DNA of 64,000 nt from Candidatus Limnocylindria bacterium (GTDB taxonomy: Bacteria; Chloroflexota; Limnocylindria; P2-11E), in NCBI GenBank assembly GCA_046262615.1, contig JBHEML010000003.1, forward strand, positions 16,529-80,528. The letters are read 5' to 3'. Positions 56,637-64,000 of the stretch are shown here, in pieces; position 1 is the first letter of the stretch, and each line of letters opens with the position of its first letter. The position numbers and the translations under genes were made by a program. The notes beneath the pieces were generated by a model that did not search any database, was not told where the DNA came from, and was given only the letters and a program-made list of their open reading frames with translations.

Positions 56637-57995
56637 CTAGCGCGGCGCCGGCGCCTCCAGCGCTGAGAGGGGGATGATCGTCGCGGCCGTGCCGCAGCAC
56701 TCGCTCGCGGGCGAGCCGCAGTCATCCGCGCCGTCCTGGCCGCAACAGTCCGCATTCCCTCCTCCGGAGCAGACGCCCGTCTGCGGGAGCACGAGCTCGA
56801 CCGACTCGGCACCGCGGACGTCGCCGACCAGCGCGCTGGCGATCGAGCGCACCTGCTCGTACCCGGTGAGCATGAGGAAGGTGGGCGCACGGCCGTAGCT
56901 CTTCATTCCTGCGATGTAGAAGCCAGCCTCCGGATGAGCCAGCTCGCGCGCGCCATGCGGAGGCACCGTGCCGCAGCTGTGGACGTTCGGGTCGATCAGC
57001 GGCGCGAGCGCCGAAGGCGCCTCGAGCACATCGTCGAGCCGTAGTCGCAGCTCGCGCAGCGGCGCGAGGTCCGGGCGGAAGCCCGTCGCCGAGACGATCT
57101 CGTCGAACGGTCCGATCTCGCGCGAGCTGTCGCCAATGAAGACGCCTTCGCGGTCCTGACGGACCTGCGAGATGCGCAGCACCGTCTGCGTCACGGCCCC
57201 CCGGTCGACCAGGGCGCGCATCCGCGCGCCGAGCTTTCCGCGTTCCGGCAGCGCGTCGTTCTCCGCTCCGCCGTACTTGGTGCCCGCGAACGGCCGCCGC
57301 ACCGCCCACGTGACCGACATGCCGGGCTCGCCCTCCGCCAGCTGGGCCAGCTCGATCAGGACGTTGAACGCCGAGTGGCCGCTGCCGACCACGAGGACAC
57401 GCCGCCCCGCGTAGCGATGGCGGTCAAGCTCGAGGACGTCCGGGATCCCGTAGTGGATGCGGTCGGCCGCCGCCGCCTCGCCGCGGGCCGGCGTTCCGCT
57501 GGCGCCGAGGGGATTCGGCGTCGCGTAGGTGCCCGACGCGTCGATCACCGCTCGCGCGAGCAACTCCTCTTCGCGGCCCGCGCTGGTGACGGTGAGGGAG
57601 AAAGGCGCGGCGTCGCGCCCCGCGGTCGTCATCCTGTCGAGGCCCGCGCGCGCGATCGACCGCACGCGGTGGCCGAGGCGCAGGTGAGGCGCGATCCCCG
57701 GGAGCCTGGACAGCGGACGCAGGTACAGGTCGACCAGCTCCCGCCCGGTCGGGTACACGTCGTCGTCCGGAGCGATCCATCCCTGCTGCTCGAGCATCTC
57801 TCGGGCGACAGGATCCGTGTTGTACCGCCAGGGAGAGAACACGCGCACGTGTCCCCACCCGAGGACGCTCGTGCCCACCGTCGGCCCGGCCTCGAGCACT
57901 ACCGGCGTCGCGCCGCGATGGGCGAGGTGCGCCGCCGCGGCGAGCCCCACCGGACCCGCGCCGATCACCGCTACAGGAAGTTCGTCGTCACTCAC
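56637..57995 (-). CDS. FAD/NAD(P)-binding flavoprotein (FMO / CzcO-ArsO-like) with Cys-rich C-terminal tail
   Basis: GTG 57995 gives MSDDELPVAVIGAGPVGLAAAAHL, the FAD GxGxxG motif. A second dinucleotide motif is VLVVGSGHSAFNVL. The C-terminal 40 aa read CSGGGNADCCGQDGADDCGSPASECCGTAA, with 7 Cys including two CC pairs. Confidence 0.75.
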   Translation of the reverse strand: MSDDELPVAVIGAGPVGLAAAAHLAHRGATPVVLEAGPTVGTSVLGWGHVRVFSPWRYNTDPVAREMLEQQGWIAPDDDVYPTGRELVDLYLRPLSRLPGIAPHLRLGHRVRSIARAGLDRMTTAGRDAAPFSLTVTSAGREEELLARAVIDASGTYATPNPLGASGTPARGEAAAADRIHYGIPDVLELDRHRYAGRRVLVVGSGHSAFNVLIELAQLAEGEPGMSVTWAVRRPFAGTKYGGAENDALPERGKLGARMRALVDRGAVTQTVLRISQVRQDREGVFIGDSSREIGPFDEIVSATGFRPDLAPLRELRLRLDDVLEAPSALAPLIDPNVHSCGTVPPHGARELAHPEAGFYIAGMKSYGRAPTFLMLTGYEQVRSIASALVGDVRGAESVELVLPQTGVCSGGGNADCCGQDGADDCGSPASECCGTAATIIPLSALEAPAPR

Positions 57996-58019
57996 AGCTC
58001 ACCGTCCTCGGTCGCTCTC

Positions 58020-58088
58020 ACGCGTTCATCGTGCGTCATAACATCGACGATTGTCAATATGCATCTTTGTCGATATGATTGCCGTCGA
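58020..58088. promoter_or_regulatory. AT-rich divergent promoter/operator region between the flavoprotein gene and arsR
   Basis: A locally AT-rich stretch in a genome of >70% GC: CATAACATCGACGATTGTCAATATGCATCTTTGTCGATATGATTG. It contains near-repeats TTGTCAATAT and TTGTCGATAT, an imperfect inverted partner ACATCGACGA, and an ATGCAT palindrome. Confidence 0.4.
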
Positions 58089-58409
58089 ATGGACGACCTG
58101 AAGATCCTCCAGGCGATCGCCGAGCCGACGAGGCTCGCCATCGTGCGGCAGCTCGCCTCCGGTGGAGAGGTGTGCGCGTGCGACTTCACGGCGTGCTGCG
58201 ACGTGAGCCAGCCCACGGTGTCCCACCACCTCAAGGTCCTCCGCGAGGCGGGGGTGGTCTCGGGCGAACGGCGGGGCACGTGGATCTACTACCGGCTCGA
58301 GCCGAGGGCCGCGGCGCGCGTCGCGGCGCTCGGCCACACGCTTCTCGCGGGCGCGCAGAGGGATCCGAAGCCGGTATCCGCCGGGGCCACCCTGAAGAGA
58401 GCCGGCTGA
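58089..58409 (+). CDS. arsR: ArsR/SmtB-family metalloregulator with an ArsR-type CxC-x4-CC site
   Basis: MDDLKILQAIAEPTRLAIVRQLASGGEVCACDFTACCDVSQPTVSHHLKVLREAGVVSGERRGTWIYYRL is an HTH_20 fold. By eye, CACD..CC is positioned like the ELCVCDLC As(III) site of R773 ArsR. Confidence 0.85.
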   Translation: MDDLKILQAIAEPTRLAIVRQLASGGEVCACDFTACCDVSQPTVSHHLKVLREAGVVSGERRGTWIYYRLEPRAAARVAALGHTLLAGAQRDPKPVSAGATLKRAG

Positions 58410-58422
58410 ATCGGCAACGGCC

Positions 58423-59319
58423 GTGAGCGGCGCGCTGCCTGATGCGCGGAACGCGTTGCGTGAAGCGCAAGCGACGCTCGCCCGCGCGTGCGCGGTGGTC
58501 GGATTGGACGCCCGCGGCGCGACCCTCCTGAAGTTCGGAGAGAACGCGACCTATCTGCTCAGCAACGGAACGATCGTCGCGCGGATCTCCGCCGGCCTCG
58601 ATCTCGCGCCCCAGGCCGCACGCGAGCTCCGCGTCACCGAATGGCTCCGCCGGCACGGGGTGCCCGCGGCGCGACCGGCGGAAGCGGCAGGGCAGCCGAT
58701 CGTGGTCGGCGACTCGCTGGTCACCTTCTGGGAGGCGGTCCGCGCATCCCTGCAGCCGCCTACACCGGAGCAGCTGGCGGGGGCGCTCCTGCGACTGCAC
58801 GCGGTCCCCGTACCGGATGGGCTCGCATCCATCGACCCGCTCTGGATCGTGGAACGCCGGGTCCGCTCCGAGGGATCGACCGCGGAACGCGAGGTGATCC
58901 TCCGTCGCTGTGACCAGCTTCGCGAGGCGTACGACCGCCTCGAGTTCTCCGGCTCCCCCCGCGTGGTCCACGGCGACGCGCACGTGCACAACCTACTTCG
59001 CGACGATGCAGGGACCGTCGTCCTGATGGATCTCGAGCACAGCGGGACCGGCCCGCGCGAGTGGGATCTCGTACCGACGGCGACCCACGACGTGCTGGGC
59101 TGGCGCCCGCGAGGTGAATACCGTGCCTTCGCGGAGGCCTACGGGGTCGATGTCACGACGTCTCCCACGTTCGGTGTGATGAACGCGATGCGGGAGCTGC
59201 TCATGCTGTCGTTCCTGATGCGGCGAGCGCGATCGGACACGCGCGTCGCGGCGGAGGTTCGCAGGCGGGTCGTCACGATCCGCGACGACATCGTTCCGCG
59301 AGGCTGGGTCGCCTTCTAG
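58423..59319 (+). CDS. aminoglycoside/choline-kinase-like phosphotransferase (APH family)
   Basis: VVHGDAHVHNLLRDDAGTVVLMDLEHSG is the APH catalytic loop plus DxxxxN/D motif. The gene lies 13 nt downstream of arsR on the same strand. Confidence 0.7.
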   Translation: MSGALPDARNALREAQATLARACAVVGLDARGATLLKFGENATYLLSNGTIVARISAGLDLAPQAARELRVTEWLRRHGVPAARPAEAAGQPIVVGDSLVTFWEAVRASLQPPTPEQLAGALLRLHAVPVPDGLASIDPLWIVERRVRSEGSTAEREVILRRCDQLREAYDRLEFSGSPRVVHGDAHVHNLLRDDAGTVVLMDLEHSGTGPREWDLVPTATHDVLGWRPRGEYRAFAEAYGVDVTTSPTFGVMNAMRELLMLSFLMRRARSDTRVAAEVRRRVVTIRDDIVPRGWVAF

Positions 59320-59356
59320 GGCCAGCCCGCCTCGGCGCGGAGGGTCCGCGGCGCGC

Positions 59357-60286
59357 TCATCCGGTCTTGCGGGGGTCGAGGGCGTCGCGCAGGCCGTCGC
59401 CGATGTAGTTGACCGACAGCACCGTGAGGAAGATCAGGAGGCCAGGGAAGAACGCCCAATGCGGCGCGAAGTCGAGGTAATCCTTCGCGTCGAACAGGAG
59501 CCTCCCCCACGTTGGCACGTCCGGCGGGAACCCGAGGCCGAGGAACGAGAGCGCGGACTCGGTGATGATCGCGGCTCCGACGCCGACGGTGGCGGCCACG
59601 AGGATCTGGCTCATCACGTTCGGCATGATGTGCTTGAAGATGATCCGGCCGTTCTTCGCCCCGACACACCTGGCCGCTTCGACGAATTCCTTCTGCTTGT
59701 AGGACAGGAACGACGCGCGCACGAGCCGCGCGACGGGCATCCAGTTCAGCAGCCCGATGACGACCACGATGATCAGGAAGATGCCGAGCTCGGGACCGAA
59801 CGTCGCTCTGAGCTGGTCGCGGAACAGGTAGATGATCGTCAGCAACAGTGGCAGCTGCGGGAGCGACAGGAACAGGTCCGTGACCCGCATGAGCGGCCCG
59901 TCTGAGCGGGCGAAGTACCCCGCCAGCGCTCCGACGAGGGTACCCAGACTGATGGAGATCGCCACGGCGACGAGACCGACGGCGATCGACACGCGCCCGC
60001 CGAGGAGCGCACGGGCGAACAGGTCCTGGCCCAGGTCGTCGGTCCCGAAGAAGTGGGTGGTCGACGGACCCTTAAGCGATTGAGAGAAGTCGATCTCGTT
60101 GATCTTCGTCGCGTAGACGAACGGACCGAGCGCCGTGGCGAGCACCAGCAGAATGAGTGTCACCAGGCCGGCCATCGCGAGCTTGTGGTGCGTGAACTGC
60201 GTCCAGGCATCGGACCAGAGCGAGCGCGGGGGCTTGAGCATGCCGGTGGGCGCGACGACGGCGATCGTGTTCTGCGCGGTCGCCAT
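59357..60286 (-). CDS. peptide/nickel ABC transporter permease (DppC/OppC-like)
   Basis: 6 TM segments and an EAA-like loop; N-terminal MATAQNTIAVVAPTGMLKPPRSLWSDAWTQF is typical of DppC. Confidence 0.85.
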   Translation of the reverse strand: MATAQNTIAVVAPTGMLKPPRSLWSDAWTQFTHHKLAMAGLVTLILLVLATALGPFVYATKINEIDFSQSLKGPSTTHFFGTDDLGQDLFARALLGGRVSIAVGLVAVAISISLGTLVGALAGYFARSDGPLMRVTDLFLSLPQLPLLLTIIYLFRDQLRATFGPELGIFLIIVVVIGLLNWMPVARLVRASFLSYKQKEFVEAARCVGAKNGRIIFKHIMPNVMSQILVAATVGVGAAIITESALSFLGLGFPPDVPTWGRLLFDAKDYLDFAPHWAFFPGLLIFLTVLSVNYIGDGLRDALDPRKTG

Positions 60287-61245
60287 CAGGTGTACCTGAT
60301 CCGCGGGTCGAGCACCCCGTACAGGATGTCAGCGAGCAGGTTGAACAGGACGACCAGTACCGCGAACACGAAGAGGATGGCAGCGACGACCGGCGTGTCG
60401 CTGTTGGTGATCGAGCGAATGAGCAGCTCACCGATGCCCGGCACGCGGAAGATCTGTTCGGTGATGACCGCCCCTGCGAACACCGCCGGGATCCCCAGCG
60501 CAACTAGCGTCACTATCGGGATCAGGCTGTTCCGCAGCACGTGCCGGAGGATCACGATGCGCTCGAGCAGTCCCTTCGCGCGTGCCGTACGGACGTAGTC
60601 CAGCGGGAGGTGCTCGATCATCTCGGCGCGCATGAAGCGCGCGATCGTCGCGGTGTTGAACAGCGCGAGGACGGTGATGGGCATGATCGATTGCTTGAGC
60701 TGCTCGCCCAGCGATCTGGCGTCCTTGACCTGGAGCGTCGAGTCGTAGATGAACGGGAGCCAGTGGAGCCCGACGCTGAAGACGATTATCAGGACCGTTC
60801 CGGTGAAGAAGGTAGGTACTGAGAATCCGATGAAGGCGAAGCCCGTCGCGATGTGATCGAACAGCGAGTAGCGCTTCACGGCGGAGATCATGCCGATCGG
60901 GATCGCGAGCAGCGCGCCGATCACGTACGCGACTCCGACGACCGCTAATGTCGTCGGCAAGCGCTGCTGGATGAGTCCGAGGACCGGCGAGTGGCTCATG
61001 AACGAATAGCCGAAGTCGGCGCGCATCATCGCCGTCACCCAGTTGACGTAACGGATGGGGGGCGGCTGATCGAGCCCCAGGGCGTGCTTTATGTTCTCAC
61101 GCACCTCGGGGGGCACGCGGGGGTCGGCGCCGAACTGGCTCAGCGGATCGCCGGGGGCGAGCACCAGGATCATGAAGATCACGAAGGAGATGACCAGAAG
61201 CGTGGGGATCGCGATGAGGAGCCGGCGGAGGACGTACCTACCCAT
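60286..61245 (-). CDS. peptide/nickel ABC transporter permease (DppB/OppB-like)
   Basis: MGRYVLRRLLIAIPTLLVISFVIFMILVLAPGDP is the canonical DppB N-terminus. There is a 1-nt overlap with the downstream permease. Confidence 0.85.
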   Translation of the reverse strand: MGRYVLRRLLIAIPTLLVISFVIFMILVLAPGDPLSQFGADPRVPPEVRENIKHALGLDQPPPIRYVNWVTAMMRADFGYSFMSHSPVLGLIQQRLPTTLAVVGVAYVIGALLAIPIGMISAVKRYSLFDHIATGFAFIGFSVPTFFTGTVLIIVFSVGLHWLPFIYDSTLQVKDARSLGEQLKQSIMPITVLALFNTATIARFMRAEMIEHLPLDYVRTARAKGLLERIVILRHVLRNSLIPIVTLVALGIPAVFAGAVITEQIFRVPGIGELLIRSITNSDTPVVAAILFVFAVLVVLFNLLADILYGVLDPRIRYT

Positions 61246-61323
61246 CTCTATCGCTCCAAGCGGGCTCGTGAAGGGCCCGTAGCGCGGTGGAAGCGCTCCA
61301 CCGCGCTACGGTACACCGTTGGA

Positions 61324-63102
61324 TCAGGGGGCTACCTTGTACCAGTCCCCGACGTTCCACATCTCGGAGTCCCAACCGTTCGGGTTGATCCCCTTCATGT
61401 TCTTGGAGTATCCCGAGGTGGCGTACGTCCGCCAGATCAGCGGGATGACGACGACGTCCTTGATCAGGATGTCGTTCGCCTGCACGAAGAGGTCGGCACG
61501 CTTCTTGGCGTCCGTCTCCTTTAGCAGCTGGGCGACGATGGAGTCGTACGCGGGGTTCGAGTAGCGGCTGTAGTTCGATTCGTTCCAGTTGTTCGACTTC
61601 TGGGCGATGTGCTGCGTCGTCCAGCCGAGCATGTAGCTGGTGGCGTCCGGGTCGCTGTTGTTCGCGTACTCCTCGAGATCGGCCCAGAAGTGGTTGGCGC
61701 CGTTCGGGTCGGTGTTCGTGAAGAAGACGCCGGAGTTGACCGACTTGAGCTCGACGCTGAAGCCGACCGCCTCCCAGTTCTTCTTCATGATCTCCTGCGT
61801 CTTCTGCCTGACGGAGTTGACGGTGGTCTGGTAGATCACCTTGAGCTTTACCCCGCCCTTGGCTCGGACGCCGTCGGATCCCTTGACCCAGCCAGCGTCG
61901 TCGAGCTCCTTGTTCGCGGCGGCCGGGTCGTACTTGCAGACGTCGAGGCTGGTGGTGTTCTTCGACTCGGCGTCGCCCACCCCTGCCAGGATGTTGCACG
62001 TCGCCTTGCCCGTGAGGCCGTCGCCATAGAGCTCCTTGGCGACGGTGGCGCGGTCGGTCGCCATCGCGAGCGCCCGTCGTACGTGGATGTCGGTGAAGAA
62101 CGGGTGCTTCGTGCTCGGTTCGCCCCGGGCGTCGCCCGCGGCATTCGGGTCGGCGAACTGCACCAGGATCCGCTCGACGAGCGACCCATAGGCCGTGAAG
62201 AGCGTTCCCTTGGTGCTGTTGTCGGCGAGCGAGTGGATGATCGCCGGCTCGACCTGGAGATTCCAGGAGTAGTCGGCGTCCCCGGTCTGGAAGACGGCAC
62301 GGGCGGAGGAGGTCGCGTCGCCACCACCCTTCAAGGTGACGGTCTTGAAGAACGGCTTATTCGCGTCGCGGTAGTTCGGGTTCATGGCGTACTGCACGAC
62401 GTCTCCCGACTTGAAGTCGGTGACGACGTATGGCCCGGTCCCGATCGGCTTGAGGTTGCCCGGGGCATCCTTGGCTTTCGCGCCGAGATAGTCCTTGAAC
62501 TGCGCCTTCTGGAGGATTCCCTGGAGGGCACCAACGCCGAACTGGTAGTAGTTGGGATTCGGCTCCTTGTACGTGACCTTCACAGTGGTCGCGTTCACTG
62601 CCTCCACGGACTTGACCGTGTCGACGGTGGCCGCGTTCGACGACGCGGTCTCTTTGTCGGCCAGGTATTGCCAGGTGAAAACGACATCGTCCGCCGTGAA
62701 CGCCGTACCGTCCGACCACTTCACGCCGGGTGTGAGCTTCCACGTCACCGTGGTGAAGTCGGCGGCAACACCGCCGTTCTGGAGCGTCGGGATCTCCGCC
62801 AGGCCATTGGCGACAGGCTTCAGATCGGGACCGAACGCGGCCAGCGGCTCGATCACGAGTCGCGACGCGTCGTTGTCCTTGGTGCCCGTTCCCTGGTGGG
62901 GGTTGAGGATCGTCGGGGCCTGCCAGTAAAGGATCTTGAGGTCCCCGCCATCGCCTCGCTTGAACGCCGCGGCCGGCGCACCGGATCCGCTCGGCGCCCC
63001 GCTCGCGGTGGTAGTGCCGGGCGAGCTGCACGCGCTCGCGACGAGGACCGTCGCCGCCGCCAACGCGAGCAAACCACGCCGTACTGCTGATCCGTGGGTC
63101 AT
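61324..63102 (-). CDS. ABC transporter substrate-binding lipoprotein, family 5 (peptide/nickel/oligosaccharide)
   Basis: ATG 63102 gives MTHGSAVRRGLLALAAATVLVASACSS, a lipobox, followed by an SBP_bac_5 fold. Confidence 0.85.
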   Translation of the reverse strand: MTHGSAVRRGLLALAAATVLVASACSSPGTTTASGAPSGSGAPAAAFKRGDGGDLKILYWQAPTILNPHQGTGTKDNDASRLVIEPLAAFGPDLKPVANGLAEIPTLQNGGVAADFTTVTWKLTPGVKWSDGTAFTADDVVFTWQYLADKETASSNAATVDTVKSVEAVNATTVKVTYKEPNPNYYQFGVGALQGILQKAQFKDYLGAKAKDAPGNLKPIGTGPYVVTDFKSGDVVQYAMNPNYRDANKPFFKTVTLKGGGDATSSARAVFQTGDADYSWNLQVEPAIIHSLADNSTKGTLFTAYGSLVERILVQFADPNAAGDARGEPSTKHPFFTDIHVRRALAMATDRATVAKELYGDGLTGKATCNILAGVGDAESKNTTSLDVCKYDPAAANKELDDAGWVKGSDGVRAKGGVKLKVIYQTTVNSVRQKTQEIMKKNWEAVGFSVELKSVNSGVFFTNTDPNGANHFWADLEEYANNSDPDATSYMLGWTTQHIAQKSNNWNESNYSRYSNPAYDSIVAQLLKETDAKKRADLFVQANDILIKDVVVIPLIWRTYATSGYSKNMKGINPNGWDSEMWNVGDWYKVAP

Positions 63103-63283
63103 GTCTATGTCATCCTCCTGAGCGCCGCGGTCGGCGGAGCCTAACCTGAGTGCCCCGCACACGGCTAGTACCAGCCTTCCGGAGGACGAGTTCAGCCTGG
63201 TGGCGCACGGAGCGCCCACGCCGAATATGCACCCGGTCTACAACGCGCCGCGAGCCGCCGGGAGCCGCGCTGTCGGAGGACCG

Positions 63284-63565
63284 CTACCAGTCGGCGGTGA
63301 TGTCGATCAGGGCCTCGGGCTTGACCGGTGCTCCGCAGGTGCCACCGGCTGCACGCACGCGGATGCACGTGAAGGAGCAGCGCAGGGTGGTCTGGCCGGG
63401 CCAGTGATGGACCTCGAAGAGCTGCGTCCCGTGCGAAGGGCACTTTCCCACGACCTTCAGCGCCCTGATCGGCGGGATCCCCATCTCCGCAAGGGATGTG
63501 ACCTCACGGAGCCGATCCATGAGATCGAGCATCGTCTCACCTGTGAGGACGCCGAAGTCATCCAT
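63284..63565 (-). CDS. hypothetical small Cys-containing protein
   Basis: MDDFGVLTGETMLDLMDRLREVTSLAEMGIPPIRALKVVGKCPSHGTQLFEVHHWPGQTTLRCSFTCIRV...; codon usage looks genuine and four Cys are present. Confidence 0.3.
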   Translation of the reverse strand: MDDFGVLTGETMLDLMDRLREVTSLAEMGIPPIRALKVVGKCPSHGTQLFEVHHWPGQTTLRCSFTCIRVRAAGGTCGAPVKPEALIDITADW

Positions 63566-63848
63566 GCGCCCTCTCCCATCCGATCCCATCGCCGTTCTTC
63601 ATCGCGAGCGACCAACTTACCGCTCACTGGTCTTCTGTCATGACGAGCCGTCAGGCCGGCAAGCGAACCGCGTCCCACACGGACGTTACGCCCGCCGCGG
63701 CGCGCGTCGGGCAGAGCATGCTTCCGCCGCGTCCGCACACCAAGCGTCGAAGGCACGTCGCGAGTATTCCGACGCGGCGGCCAGGGCCGCCTCTGGCGTG
63801 TTTCTTGCGCCCTCTCCGTCGGGAAAAATAGAGCACCGGAGGTATCGA

Positions 63849-64000
63849 TTGGACGCACTCGCACTGCTCAAGGAGGACCACGACAAAGCCAAGAAGGTCA
63901 TGACCGAGCTCGAGGGAACGACCGAGCGCGGCGTGAAGACCCGCCAGGAGCTGTGGAAGAAGCTGCTGAAGGAGCTGACGATCCACGAGAACATCGAAGA
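63849..64000 (+). CDS. hemerythrin HHE-domain protein (5' partial, runs off window)
   Basis: A TTG start 7 nt after GGAGG, then LDALALLKEDHDKAKKVMTELEGTTERGVKTRQELWKKLLKELTIHENIE, which matches the hemerythrin-like N-terminus (..LL..DH........E........EL...L...L..H...EE). Confidence 0.55.
   Translation, partial: MDALALLKEDHDKAKKVMTELEGTTERGVKTRQELWKKLLKELTIHENIE

Noticed and set aside
1-64000. CRISPR arrays, rRNA/tRNA genes, transposases, integrases, toxin-antitoxin pairs
   Set aside because: Scanned for direct repeat arrays, tRNA-like GC-clamped cloverleaf candidates and transposase/integrase motifs in all frames; none found. The window is core chromosome.

Overview
High-GC (~70%+) bacterial chromosomal window, actinobacterial-like. 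It is almost entirely core housekeeping genes, mostly on the minus strand, packed tightly with many 1-4 nt start/stop overlaps. Reading the minus strand from right to left the order is thrS, tandem-GNAT, infC-rpmI-rplT, pheS-pheT, mpg, mutS2, tyrS, ndh, yebC-ruvC-ruvA, nusA-ylxR-infB-rbfA-nrnA-truB, a membrane GT-C-like gene, ribF, rpsO-pnp, a GT2 / YdjC-deacetylase / methyltransferase trio, udg, rnj, ftsK, rodZ-like, pgsA, cinA, hom-lysC and asd. Plus-strand insertions are a CoA-transferase / HMG-CoA-lyase / NitT-TauT ABC importer operon, an EF-G paralog, a class A PBP, a NUDIX gene and an arsR-kinase pair. No rRNA, tRNA, CRISPR or mobile elements were recognised. The points most worth a second look are listed here. 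(1) A T-box-like leader with a terminator hairpin lies upstream of thrS. (2) infC has no canonical start; ATA preceded by an SD is the best candidate. (3) Several other conserved genes also lack canonical starts at the expected position. (4) pheT is frameshifted. (5) A GT2 + YdjC deacetylase + methyltransferase set sits directly after pnp with a GT-C membrane protein nearby, resembling an Arn/PpgS-type polyprenyl-phospho-aminosugar module. (6) An ArsR-type metalloregulator is divergently paired with a flavoprotein carrying a Cys-rich tail and is co-transcribed with an APH-family kinase. (7) A cyclase-STAND-TPR signalling protein is present. (8) The ruvCA operon lacks ruvB and abuts a nusA operon that lacks rimP. 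All calls come from reading the translations and DNA by eye; no database search was possible.
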